DNA of 38,868 nucleotides from Promethearchaeota archaeon (GTDB taxonomy: Archaea; Asgardarchaeota; Thorarchaeia; Thorarchaeales; Thorarchaeaceae), in the NCBI GenBank assembly GCA_048939765.1, contig JBHLPF010000013.1, forward strand, positions 39,207 through 78,074, read 5' to 3'. This document shows, one piece after another, positions 18,255 to 27,099 of this stretch; position 1 is the first letter of the stretch; each line of letters opens with the position of its first letter. The translations under genes were made by a program, and so were the position numbers. The notes beneath the pieces were generated by a model. That model had not been told where the DNA came from, did not search any database, and saw nothing but the letters and a program-made list of their open reading frames with translations.

Positions 18255-18340
18255 AAATCACACATCCATTGTGTCTATGTTGAAACTTTAATATCCTTGT
18301 TTAACATGTCTGATTTCATTCGTAATGCAGAGCCATCAAT

Positions 18341-19036
18341 ATGAAAATACTAGCGGTAGCAGACATACATAGTCCTCGGTTTCATGAAGAGTTCAAGGCA
18401 GAGCTCTCCATACATTCTAAGCCTGATATTTTCCTCATGGCCGGTGACATGATAAACCGAGGAAATGCTGAGGAAATTGTTCGAGTTCTTGATACAGTAG
18501 AGGACACCCTTGGTGTTGACTTTCCTATCATAGGCTGCTTTGGAAACGAGGAGTATGCTGAGATTCGCAAACAACTCGTGAGTCTGGTTGCGGGGAGGAT
18601 GACATTCCTAGATGAGCAATATTCCTCAGTGCAATCGGATGGCAAGACGATTGGTATTGTTGGGACGCAGGGCTCCCTTGATAAGGCGACTACTTGGCAG
18701 AGGCGCAATATTCCCTCCATAAAGAGGGTCTTTGAGAGGCGTGCCGCTAGAGCATCATCACTTCTAAAGGGTATTATGAGAAAGGTTGACCACACAATTC
18801 TCCTCATGCACTATAGTCCCTGTCTAGAAACATGTGAGGGCGAAGAGTCAAAGGCCTTCGCTTGGCTGGGAAGCAGGAAATTCTACGCCGTTATCGAGAA
18901 ACGCCAGCCTGATTTGGTCATCCATGGGCATGTCCATAACGCCTCACAACATGAGGCCACCATAGGACGTACCCTTATTCGAAATGTGGCCTTTCCAGCT
19001 GTGGGGACCGTTACTACTCTTGAGCTATGGAGCTAG
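18341..19036 (+). CDS. Calcineurin-like metallophosphoesterase
   Basis: VADIH, AGD, FGNEE, LMHYSP, IHGHVH. Confidence 0.88.
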   Translation: MKILAVADIHSPRFHEEFKAELSIHSKPDIFLMAGDMINRGNAEEIVRVLDTVEDTLGVDFPIIGCFGNEEYAEIRKQLVSLVAGRMTFLDEQYSSVQSDGKTIGIVGTQGSLDKATTWQRRNIPSIKRVFERRAARASSLLKGIMRKVDHTILLMHYSPCLETCEGEESKAFAWLGSRKFYAVIEKRQPDLVIHGHVHNASQHEATIGRTLIRNVAFPAVGTVTTLELWS

Positions 19037-19038
19037 TA

Positions 19039-19467
19039 CTACGGATACGCATGCCCAGTTACTTTGAGAACAGGTTCAAATTTATACCCGTAGACAATTA
19101 CTCCGGCATCGCCATTTTGAGTAATTTTCCGGAAGCATGCCCGTACTCTCATTCCGATCTTGACCTCATCCAAATCGACATTGACAATTTGGGCGGTGAC
19201 TCGCGCTCCTTCATCCAACTCTACCTGCGCCACCACATAGGGGACTTGTCGCTTGAAGTCTTCTGGTGCTTGACGCACAACTGAAAAAGTGTGAATCTTG
19301 CCAAGTCCTTTGAACTTATGCGCCTCCAGGACTCCCTTTCGTCTGCAAGTTGGACAGACTGGTCTAGGTGGAAAGAAGTATGTGTTACAAGTCTTGCAAT
19401 GATTGCCTTCAATGTTGTATATAGACCGAATTCTTCTCCATACCTGTGCTACTCCATGTGTTGCCAT
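19039..19467 (-). CDS. DUF35 Zn-ribbon/OB-fold scaffold of the thiolase-HMG-CoA synthase complex
   Basis: CKTC...FPPRPVCPTC, OB fold ending YGYKF; directly downstream of the thiolase. Confidence 0.92.
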   Translation of the reverse strand: MATHGVAQVWRRIRSIYNIEGNHCKTCNTYFFPPRPVCPTCRRKGVLEAHKFKGLGKIHTFSVVRQAPEDFKRQVPYVVAQVELDEGARVTAQIVNVDLDEVKIGMRVRACFRKITQNGDAGVIVYGYKFEPVLKVTGHAYP

Positions 19468-19474
19468 CTTCTTT

Positions 19475-20635
19475 CTACCTCCCTAGGATGTGGACAATCG
19501 ACGTTGCCCCGGTTCCTCCAATATTGACAGCGAGTCCCTTCTCAGCGCCATCAACCTGCCTTCCTCCACCTTGGGCTCGCAGTTGGAGTGTGAGTTCCAC
19601 AATTTGCGCAACTCCTGTGGCACCTATCGGATGGCCACGCGCCTTGAGGCCGCCAGAAGTGTTTACTGGGAACTTCCCTCCAATCTCAGTAAGGCCATCA
19701 CTCAACGCTTGGCCGCCCTTGCCCTTCTCTGCAATACCCACATCTTCTGTGAGCGTTATCTCACCAATCGTGAAGCTATCATGAACCTCAAAGACATCGA
19801 TGTCAGTCACTTCAACCTTTGCCTTCTTCAATGCCTCTCTCGATGATCTCACCACTGCATCCATAGTGCAAATATCTCTTCTATCATGAAGTGCCAGAGT
19901 GTCACTGGACTGGGTGGAAGCCTCGATATACACAGGAGTGTCAGTGAATTCTTTTGCTCTCTCCTCTGTGCACATAATGAGTCCAGCTGCACCATCTGTC
20001 ACCGGAGATGAATGTAGCACTCGCAGTGGATCTGCAAGCATGCCTGATCCCATGACCACTTTGAGCGGCACTGGGCGCTGAAACTGAGCGTATGGGTTAT
20101 GAGCCGCATTTGCATGATTCTTGACAGTCGGGAGGCTGAGTTGCTCCTCAGTAGTTCCGTACTCCTCCATATGGCGTCTAGCTATAAACGCATAGAGTGC
20201 CGGAAACGTCGCTCCAAACATACCTTCCCATTCCCAGTCGCCAGCAACACTTATGGTATTCATGGCATCAGTCTGGTTTACATCACTCATCTTCTCTGTT
20301 CCAAGAACCATCATGACATCATGTTCGCCAGAACGGATTGCCATGTATGCCTGTCTCACAGCGGCACCTCCACTGGCACACGCCGCCTCAACGCTGTAGG
20401 CGGGTACTCCACCCAAACCACCTGCATCAACTGCAAGGGCACCAAGGTGCTCTTGCCCAGTAAACCTACCGGCACTCATGTTTCCTATGCAGACTGCTCC
20501 GATGTCAGCTCCGCGAACACCCGCGTCGAAGATAGCAACCATAGCCGCTTCGAGAGTAATATCGCGGATACTTTGTTCCCATAGTTCTCCGAAATGACTG
20601 AGTCCTACACCAACAATTGCTACTCTGTTTCCCAT
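19475..20635 (-). CDS. Acetoacetyl-CoA thiolase (archaeal, SCP2-like)
   Basis: EAACASGG, NHANAAHNPYAQF, SPVTDGAA, EVHDSF, GHPIGATG; in an operon with HMGS and DUF35. Confidence 0.93.
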   Translation of the reverse strand: MGNRVAIVGVGLSHFGELWEQSIRDITLEAAMVAIFDAGVRGADIGAVCIGNMSAGRFTGQEHLGALAVDAGGLGGVPAYSVEAACASGGAAVRQAYMAIRSGEHDVMMVLGTEKMSDVNQTDAMNTISVAGDWEWEGMFGATFPALYAFIARRHMEEYGTTEEQLSLPTVKNHANAAHNPYAQFQRPVPLKVVMGSGMLADPLRVLHSSPVTDGAAGLIMCTEERAKEFTDTPVYIEASTQSSDTLALHDRRDICTMDAVVRSSREALKKAKVEVTDIDVFEVHDSFTIGEITLTEDVGIAEKGKGGQALSDGLTEIGGKFPVNTSGGLKARGHPIGATGVAQIVELTLQLRAQGGGRQVDGAEKGLAVNIGGTGATSIVHILGR

Positions 20636-20644
20636 ATGACCACC

Positions 20645-21688
20645 TCAACCAAGTGCCACTATCTTCCTTCGATATTTCGCGTAGACGGAATAGCTGACGT
20701 ATGTCTTTCGCGCAATGTAATCATCAACAGTTGGGACCTCGCCCCTTCGACTCTCAATCTCTTCCTCTACCTTGATTGAGAAGGCATCACTTCCAGCTCC
20801 TGAACCATAGGCCACCATGAATACCTTTGAGCCGGGATCTGCGACGTCTAGTATTCTTGCCAAGCCCATCATTGCTGAACCGGAATAGGTGTTGCCAATC
20901 TGCCGGACCACAAGACTATCTTCCAGCTTCTCTGGAGGAACCCCCAGTTGTTGGCCCATTGCTACTGGAAATTTCCCATTGGGCATATGAAATACGAAAT
21001 AGTCGTAGTCCTCAACAGTTGTCTTTGTTTTCTTTAGCAGCGATTTTGCTCCGGAACCGACATGGCGAAAATATGCTGGTTCTCCTGTGAATCTTGCACC
21101 GTGACTTGGAAAATCTTCGCCCTCTCTCCGCCAGAAGTCTGGAGTATCGGTTGTAAATGAGACTGTTTCCTCAATTGTTGCCACTGGGTTCTTTTTGCCG
21201 ATCAGGAATGCTGCACCGCCTGCAGCAGCCGAATATTCGAGGGCGTCGCCAGGACGACCCTGCGCTGTATCAGAACCAATTGCCAATCCAAGCTTGATCA
21301 TATTTGAGTCGACCAATCCCATGCATGTCTGGACTGCTGCAGTCCCTGCCTTACATGCAAACTCAAAGTCTGCGCATGTGATGTCATGTGTACATCCTAT
21401 GGCTTCAGCGACAATCGTGCCCGTGGGCTTGACAGCATATGGATGCGACTCAGAGCCTACATAGACAGCTCCGATATCAGCGGGATTAACGTTTCCATAC
21501 TTGACAGCGTTTCGTGCAGCTTCCACAGAGATCGTAGCCACATCCTCATCTGGTCCTGGTACAGACTTCTCAAACACACCAAGACCCTTGGCAAGCTTGG
21601 GGCCATCCTCGCCCCAGACTTCCGCGATATCTTCGGTCTTAATACGATAGCGTGGTACGTAGACTCCATAGCCAACAATGCCTACCAT
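20645..21688 (-). CDS. Hydroxymethylglutaryl-CoA synthase (archaeal)
   Basis: [53 protein letters not shown]. Confidence 0.95.
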   Translation of the reverse strand: MVGIVGYGVYVPRYRIKTEDIAEVWGEDGPKLAKGLGVFEKSVPGPDEDVATISVEAARNAVKYGNVNPADIGAVYVGSESHPYAVKPTGTIVAEAIGCTHDITCADFEFACKAGTAAVQTCMGLVDSNMIKLGLAIGSDTAQGRPGDALEYSAAAGGAAFLIGKKNPVATIEETVSFTTDTPDFWRREGEDFPSHGARFTGEPAYFRHVGSGAKSLLKKTKTTVEDYDYFVFHMPNGKFPVAMGQQLGVPPEKLEDSLVVRQIGNTYSGSAMMGLARILDVADPGSKVFMVAYGSGAGSDAFSIKVEEEIESRRGEVPTVDDYIARKTYVSYSVYAKYRRKIVALG

Positions 21689-21987
21689 TTACACTCTCTC
21701 CATTCGATTCGTGAATTGTCGAACTACATTACGTCATTTAATTGGAACTTAACCATCTCGTTGTCGAGCCTCTTAAGAACGTTATTGAAGGGCCCTATTC
21801 CTGTAACGACTATCACCGAATGTCGTTCATCAGTTCGGTTGATGCCGATAATGGTGTTTTTCCCTGCTATTTATGACTAGCGTTAATGAATCTGAGCATG
21901 TCGAAGAAGCAAAATGGTATTGACGGCAAGTTGCTGAGCGAATTAAGGCTATAAGCGCAAAGCGCCGAATAATCCCAGGCGAGTTCA

Positions 21988-22176
21988 GTGTCAACTTTGA
22001 GTACAAAATACAGACGTGTAACAGTGGAAGAGACCAAGACAGCAAGGCAACTCCTTGAAGAACTGGACCTTTCTACTGATCATGTTGTCCTTGTAGAAGG
22101 GAAACGCATGGAGCTTGATGATGTATTAGATGAAAACACGCTTGTCATTGTACTCCCGCTGATTGCAGGTGGATAA
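21988..22176 (+). CDS. ThiS/MoaD/SAMP-family ubiquitin-like protein
   Basis: 62 aa beta-grasp pattern ending VLPLIAGG (C-terminal di-glycine). Confidence 0.82.
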   Translation: MSTLSTKYRRVTVEETKTARQLLEELDLSTDHVVLVEGKRMELDDVLDENTLVIVLPLIAGG

Positions 22177-22192
22177 TTCGTCCAGTCAAGCA

Positions 22193-23554
22193 TCAGTCAT
22201 CTGCTGTCGATTCTCTGGGAATTCCTATTTCTGAGGCTAGGTTGTAGAGGATTTTCTGGGCCTCTGCTCTCTGCTCCTTTTTTGGGATGCCAGCCATCTC
22301 CTTCACATTTTCACTCAGACTCTCCATTAAGACTCGACTAGAACCGGAACTGTACTGTGTTGCTTTCTTCGGTGTGGCATAGATGCTCTCTGGGAGTCCT
22401 AGCTGCTGAGCTAGTTCTCTGAAGATGACCTTTCTCTCAGGCTGTTCCCCCGGGCGGACCTTCCACCTCGACGGAATTCCAAGTCCCAACTCAATGAAGC
22501 TCGTTGAAAGATATGGGAAAAAGGACTCAACGCCATGAGCAGCTATGGCTCTATCATCTCTCTCTATGTTGTTTTCATGTGTTGTCATGACTTCCTGCCA
22601 TAACTTGGCATCAAGGGCTTCTTCACCCTCCTCCTTTAAGATTCTCACATGTCTAGCATATCCAGCAAACAACTCGTCAGGCCCTTGTCCAGACAACATA
22701 AGTGAGATGCCATCATTCGAAGCCTGACGGGACGCAAGATAGAATGGTAGAGTAATCTCCACATCCATTAGATTCGCACTCTCAATGGAGTACATGAGAA
22801 GCGGCAAGATTTCCCAGACATCATCCGAGTTGATTTCTACACCATTGAGATTCAGACATAAAGCGTCTGCCGCACTAGCTGCTGCAACTCGGTCGTGAAA
22901 AGGTGCTGATGAAGCGGAATAGAGCTGCACATCTTTACACGTTTCTTTTGCTAGCAGTGCAACAAGGGAACTATCCACTCCGCCTGAAAACAGAACGCCT
23001 ACACGCCGGCCCCTTATTCGAGTGAACGAAGCCCGCAATGCAATCCCCAAACGTCTGATTATCTCATCATACGGAAGGTCCTGGACATATGATGGAGGAG
23101 TCTTCTTTGATTCCCTAATAGCAATTCTATCCACAACTCCTGTTATCTTGAGGTTCTGTCCTGGCTGGAGCGATGTGACATTCTGAATTCCGACTTCCCA
23201 AAGGGCCTTTCTTTCACTTGAGAAGAGAAAGGCATTACCCTTTCTGGAATAATAGAGCGGCTTCATCGAAAAGATCCTTCTTTTCATCTCAACTCCTTCA
23301 TGATTCACCGAAATGAGTAGTGAATCGACTTGCTCCCCTCCCTCGACAATCAGAATTCTCTCTATGTCCTCCTTTGCGATAGATGATTCCAGCGCGTGGA
23401 ATCTAGTCTTGATGATGACGAGGCAATCATTCTTCATTCTCAGACTGAATGTTCTCTCCTCTCCCCTATGTGAGAGCTTCCTAGACATTCTCTCTACAAC
23501 ATCTAGGGATTCTTCCTCAGTTTCATCTGAAATTGCGCCAGCTATGCCTGCCAT
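22193..23554 (-). CDS. Asparagine synthetase B-like protein with a degenerate glutaminase domain
   Basis: Synthetase motifs LFSGGVDSS, SGQGPDELFAGY, RDDR and KKATQYSSG. The N-terminus is MAGIAG instead of MCGIAG. Confidence 0.82.
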   Translation of the reverse strand: MAGIAGAISDETEEESLDVVERMSRKLSHRGEERTFSLRMKNDCLVIIKTRFHALESSIAKEDIERILIVEGGEQVDSLLISVNHEGVEMKRRIFSMKPLYYSRKGNAFLFSSERKALWEVGIQNVTSLQPGQNLKITGVVDRIAIRESKKTPPSYVQDLPYDEIIRRLGIALRASFTRIRGRRVGVLFSGGVDSSLVALLAKETCKDVQLYSASSAPFHDRVAAASAADALCLNLNGVEINSDDVWEILPLLMYSIESANLMDVEITLPFYLASRQASNDGISLMLSGQGPDELFAGYARHVRILKEEGEEALDAKLWQEVMTTHENNIERDDRAIAAHGVESFFPYLSTSFIELGLGIPSRWKVRPGEQPERKVIFRELAQQLGLPESIYATPKKATQYSSGSSRVLMESLSENVKEMAGIPKKEQRAEAQKILYNLASEIGIPRESTADD

Positions 23555-23617
23555 AACTCGAACAACGCTCCTTCTTTGGAGGAGACAGAATGCACTGCTG
23601 TGTGATTTGTCGGGCGC

Positions 23618-24037
23618 TCACTCGCCAACAGGCACCTGCTCAAGCACAACTGTCTGGACTCCGGTGATTCCGTTCAGGAAACCGTCTAGCTCCTCGACAG
23701 TCACGGCAAGCTGTTGTGGCGTGAAATAGCATTCGTAGTAGCATTGGTCAGCCGCTTGACATATGCCGCTAGTAAATAGAATATCATCGAGTCCTGCCTT
23801 CATGAATATCGTAGTTAGTTCCTCGAGGAAGCTCTTGCTCAGCTTCTCAATCTCCAGTTTGAGGTACATCACAACCTCACTGTCAACCGGATAGAGCTTG
23901 ACATTCTTGTCTTTCATCACAAGAATAGCAAGACCAAATGGCTGCTTTATTCCATCAACAAATTCCTTTGGAAGTGTAACAACATTTCCAGTATTAATCT
24001 CGAGGACTCTTGCTCTTGTCATGTCGGCTTCTTTCAA
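23618..24037 (-). CDS. Putative AbrB-like swapped-hairpin + ACT-domain regulator
   Basis: N-terminal LEINTGNVVTLPKEF resembles AbrB/SpoVT. The C-terminal beta-alpha-beta-beta-alpha-beta pattern (YLKLEI...FLEELTTIFMKAGLDDILFTSG...GVQTVVL) resembles ACT. GAGGGTGA RBS. Confidence 0.55.
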   Translation of the reverse strand: MKEADMTRARVLEINTGNVVTLPKEFVDGIKQPFGLAILVMKDKNVKLYPVDSEVVMYLKLEIEKLSKSFLEELTTIFMKAGLDDILFTSGICQAADQCYYECYFTPQQLAVTVEELDGFLNGITGVQTVVLEQVPVGE

Positions 24038-24109
24038 TTTCTCACCCTCTTGGGTACACGAGCAGAAGTGAGCGCTCTCAATTTATCTCTTACGGGCAGG
24101 CGAAAATCA

Positions 24110-25696
24110 TCATCTCTTCCGGAACCAAGAGCGCAATTTTGCTATTGCGGCAGGTTCTGGACGCTCAACTTCATGAAGCTCCCAGAGGTCCTCTTCAGAT
24201 CCATCAAACTCTAGGAACGCAACACCACCTTCTGATCGTAGATGCTCCATTTCTTGGAGTTTACTCAAAAGCCATGCCTTTCTGGATACAGGCATTCTGG
24301 CAGTTGCAAGGTCAAATATATGCGGATGGATATCAAAGACCAGTGCTCTCTCACTGAGATACTCTAATGCACCGTCCTCCAAAGTCTTGCTAATCTTTTC
24401 TCTATTCGTGAAGAATGATGCCGCGACCGACATATTCGGGTATTTCTCAGGTAGGTTCATAGCAAATTTGAAAGACTTTCTGAATTTGGAAAGATGCGTA
24501 GCTGCATCAAGAATGAGTATGGTTTCTGGCTTACCTTCAAACTCCTCTTCTGACATTTCGATATCGGATTTCAGTTCAAGGTCTTGCTGCTCTATTACTT
24601 CTTGAATGAGTTGATCTGTTACTGGCGGGAGGTCGCTATCCTTGATCTCCGTCAAGTCCTCATATTCCATAGGAATGTCCTCAAACTCCTCTTCCTTCTT
24701 TTTCCTACCCCTCTTATCATCGGGTTGAGGTTCTCTCTTGGGCCGTCTGTGTGGTGGAATGTACCCCACCTCTTCAACTAGGTGCTGAAGAATTAGCGGA
24801 AGAAAGAGATCGTAAAGCGTGCCTCTTGTTTCAAGAATGAGGAGTACCGGTGTATAGTTCGAAACCGATTCAATAAGACCTGATTGATAATCATCATCAA
24901 TTACAAAGAACTTCTCAAGATTCTCCCTGGAGTACCCCTCTTCAACCCGCTTGGTCCAGTCTGCATAGACATCCTTGACTTCCTGTTTTCTCCTGTCACG
25001 CACTAGACTCATGAACTTCCCGAGATACTTTACGCCGCGAGACACAGCAGTAGTCGGGCTAATGAACACCGTCATGAGTCCAACTGCCTCTCCAGCATAT
25101 TCACTGGCTTCGGCATCGCGCATCTTGCCCATCACTTCCTCCGTCAGAGAGGGCGGGCCAAGCTTCTCAACAAGAACCTCTATCATCCCCTGTACATCCT
25201 CAAAAGATGCATCCCCTGGTCCAATTCGTTCTCCGACCGGCGACGCATCGGAGAGGACTTCGGCGAAAACGTTTGGACGTTTGATGAGCCATTTGAGAGG
25301 GATTCTCAGGGATGTATATTCATGGAGCCAAGTCCTGTCTGAGTCCTTGAGACCAAAATAGAATTTGGTTGACTCTGGAAATACGTCATCAAACTCCTCC
25401 ATAAACTGGTCAAAACCCGCTTTAGTACTGAGACCCATCTCTCCCTTTTCCATTGCATCAACTACAAAGAGAAGGCCTTGTTCCTTCTTTTTGGCTTCAC
25501 CTGCAAGGGCGAGCATCACCTGCTTTGGAGACAAGTATAGACGATCACTCTCCGCATAGGGTGCATCGAAGAATGAGAACACTCCCATTTTGCGCCATGG
25601 CTTTCCGGACAGGTTCTCCTTGACTAAATGTGAGAACCACTCAAATCCGCGTTTGTATCTCGAAATGCTATCATCATCGGTTTCTGAAGTTGGCAT
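24110..25696 (-). CDS. Hypothetical protein, possibly a degenerate HerA/VirB4-like P-loop fold
   Basis: Long ORF with ATG 25696 preceded by AGGGTG. LLFVVDAMEKGEM and TILILDAATHL resemble HerA IIDPHGEY and LIIDEAH. No intact Walker A. Confidence 0.6.
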   Translation of the reverse strand: MPTSETDDDSISRYKRGFEWFSHLVKENLSGKPWRKMGVFSFFDAPYAESDRLYLSPKQVMLALAGEAKKKEQGLLFVVDAMEKGEMGLSTKAGFDQFMEEFDDVFPESTKFYFGLKDSDRTWLHEYTSLRIPLKWLIKRPNVFAEVLSDASPVGERIGPGDASFEDVQGMIEVLVEKLGPPSLTEEVMGKMRDAEASEYAGEAVGLMTVFISPTTAVSRGVKYLGKFMSLVRDRRKQEVKDVYADWTKRVEEGYSRENLEKFFVIDDDYQSGLIESVSNYTPVLLILETRGTLYDLFLPLILQHLVEEVGYIPPHRRPKREPQPDDKRGRKKKEEEFEDIPMEYEDLTEIKDSDLPPVTDQLIQEVIEQQDLELKSDIEMSEEEFEGKPETILILDAATHLSKFRKSFKFAMNLPEKYPNMSVAASFFTNREKISKTLEDGALEYLSERALVFDIHPHIFDLATARMPVSRKAWLLSKLQEMEHLRSEGGVAFLEFDGSEEDLWELHEVERPEPAAIAKLRSWFRKR

Positions 25697-25776
25697 GCAA
25701 TGCACCCTTATAGCAGTAAACGGTGTCGTTTCTACAGAGCACCTCATGTATGCTGAGATAAACCTATTGACGCAGA

Positions 25777-26973
25777 CTAGTCCAGTCTAAGTGCGTAGAG
25801 CGCACCAATCGCTGCAACAACGATGATTCCAATGATAACGCCCCATCTCCAATCTATGAGTGGTGGGGGTGGATTGTTTGGGTCCTCTTCAAGCAACATG
25901 TCTTCGTACTGAGCACCCAAATAACTCAGTGATTTGACAGCATAGGATGAGAGGTACATTGAACCTACCTCCACTCCAGGAACGAGTGCAAAGCTGCCAT
26001 CAGCTGCTTGACAATCAACTATGAACCGGGATGCAGCGTCCGCATCTACTGAGGCAATGCCACCTAATAGGTCAAGTGTTCTAAGCGCCCAATAGGTGCT
26101 GCCCAAATTCGTGTCGTTCGTCAATAGGCCTTCTTCGAAGCCGCCAATAAAGGCATTAGAGTCAGTGGAAATAACCTGCCTCTGCAAGATCCAATCAATA
26201 ATGCCTTGAGGATTCGGGATGGGTTCTCCTAATATTGTCAATGCTAGGACTCCAGCAGCTGTGGCCGTTATACCAGGTAGGTCTGATTCGGGACTTAGCT
26301 TGAATGCATCTCCCTCCATGCAACTGAGAATCCAGTCTATTGTCGCCGTCGAGTTCTGAAGCCACTTTTCCCACGTGTCGTCCTCATCTGTCTGCAATGC
26401 AATCTCCATTGAATTGAGAGCTTGAAATGTTGAGATAAGGTCTGGTGAATTGCCAACCTCGTCAGAGAACCCTCCTTCCTCTGTCTGTGTCTGGTTGATC
26501 CAGTAAAGCGCTGCAGTTCCATTTAGATGAACGGAGTCGATACCAGGAATGTCTCCAAGCACATCCTGACTCAGGAGGTCAAACAGATTCAATCCATCAA
26601 AGGCATTCTTTTGGCTCACAGGTCCTGCGATGTACTCTCCGAAGCCGCCATATCCATCGGATGTTTCTGAAACGAGTGTCCAGTGTAGTTTCTCCGTGAA
26701 ATTCTTTACCTTGGGAAAGTCCATGACCGGGGGCCTGACTCCCAAAAGTCCCCAGTCGTTGAATATCGATAAAGCACCATAGGTTGCGTATACGTAGGAC
26801 GCTTGTTGGTCAGGCAATGTGTAGCCGCCCTCTGTCGCATCATAATTCTCGTCTATGTAAGCCCTAAGGGACTGTCTTCGAGTTGTAGGATTTGCCGATA
26901 CTGGTTGTGCTGCAATTATTACAACAACCAGTGCAATCGCAATTGTGATTGCAGCGATTTTGATGCTTCTCAT
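25777..26973 (-). CDS. Secreted, C-terminally anchored prenyltransferase/squalene-oxidase-repeat (alpha-alpha barrel) protein
   Basis: Signal peptide ending PVSA. Repeats QTEEGGFS, GGFEEG...TYWAL and CQAADGSFALVPG. Pro-rich linker followed by TM helix WGVIIGIIVVAAIGALYAL. Confidence 0.8.
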   Translation of the reverse strand: MRSIKIAAITIAIALVVVIIAAQPVSANPTTRRQSLRAYIDENYDATEGGYTLPDQQASYVYATYGALSIFNDWGLLGVRPPVMDFPKVKNFTEKLHWTLVSETSDGYGGFGEYIAGPVSQKNAFDGLNLFDLLSQDVLGDIPGIDSVHLNGTAALYWINQTQTEEGGFSDEVGNSPDLISTFQALNSMEIALQTDEDDTWEKWLQNSTATIDWILSCMEGDAFKLSPESDLPGITATAAGVLALTILGEPIPNPQGIIDWILQRQVISTDSNAFIGGFEEGLLTNDTNLGSTYWALRTLDLLGGIASVDADAASRFIVDCQAADGSFALVPGVEVGSMYLSSYAVKSLSYLGAQYEDMLLEEDPNNPPPPLIDWRWGVIIGIIVVAAIGALYALRLD

Positions 26974-27099
26974 ACGGACATCCCGTCTGGATAGGATATC
27001 GCCGAGCGTTTCTGCTCTGCGTGAGGAGCCACGGACTGTAGAGCGGTTATTAACGTTTCCCCAAGTAATAGATTGTACTAGGATTTTTCTACCGCAGAA

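Noticed and set aside
18277-18307. Imperfect inverted repeat ATGTTGAAAC...GTTTAACAT between PPAT-DPCK and the phosphoesterase
   Set aside because: AT-rich, bulged and plausible by chance in a divergent promoter.
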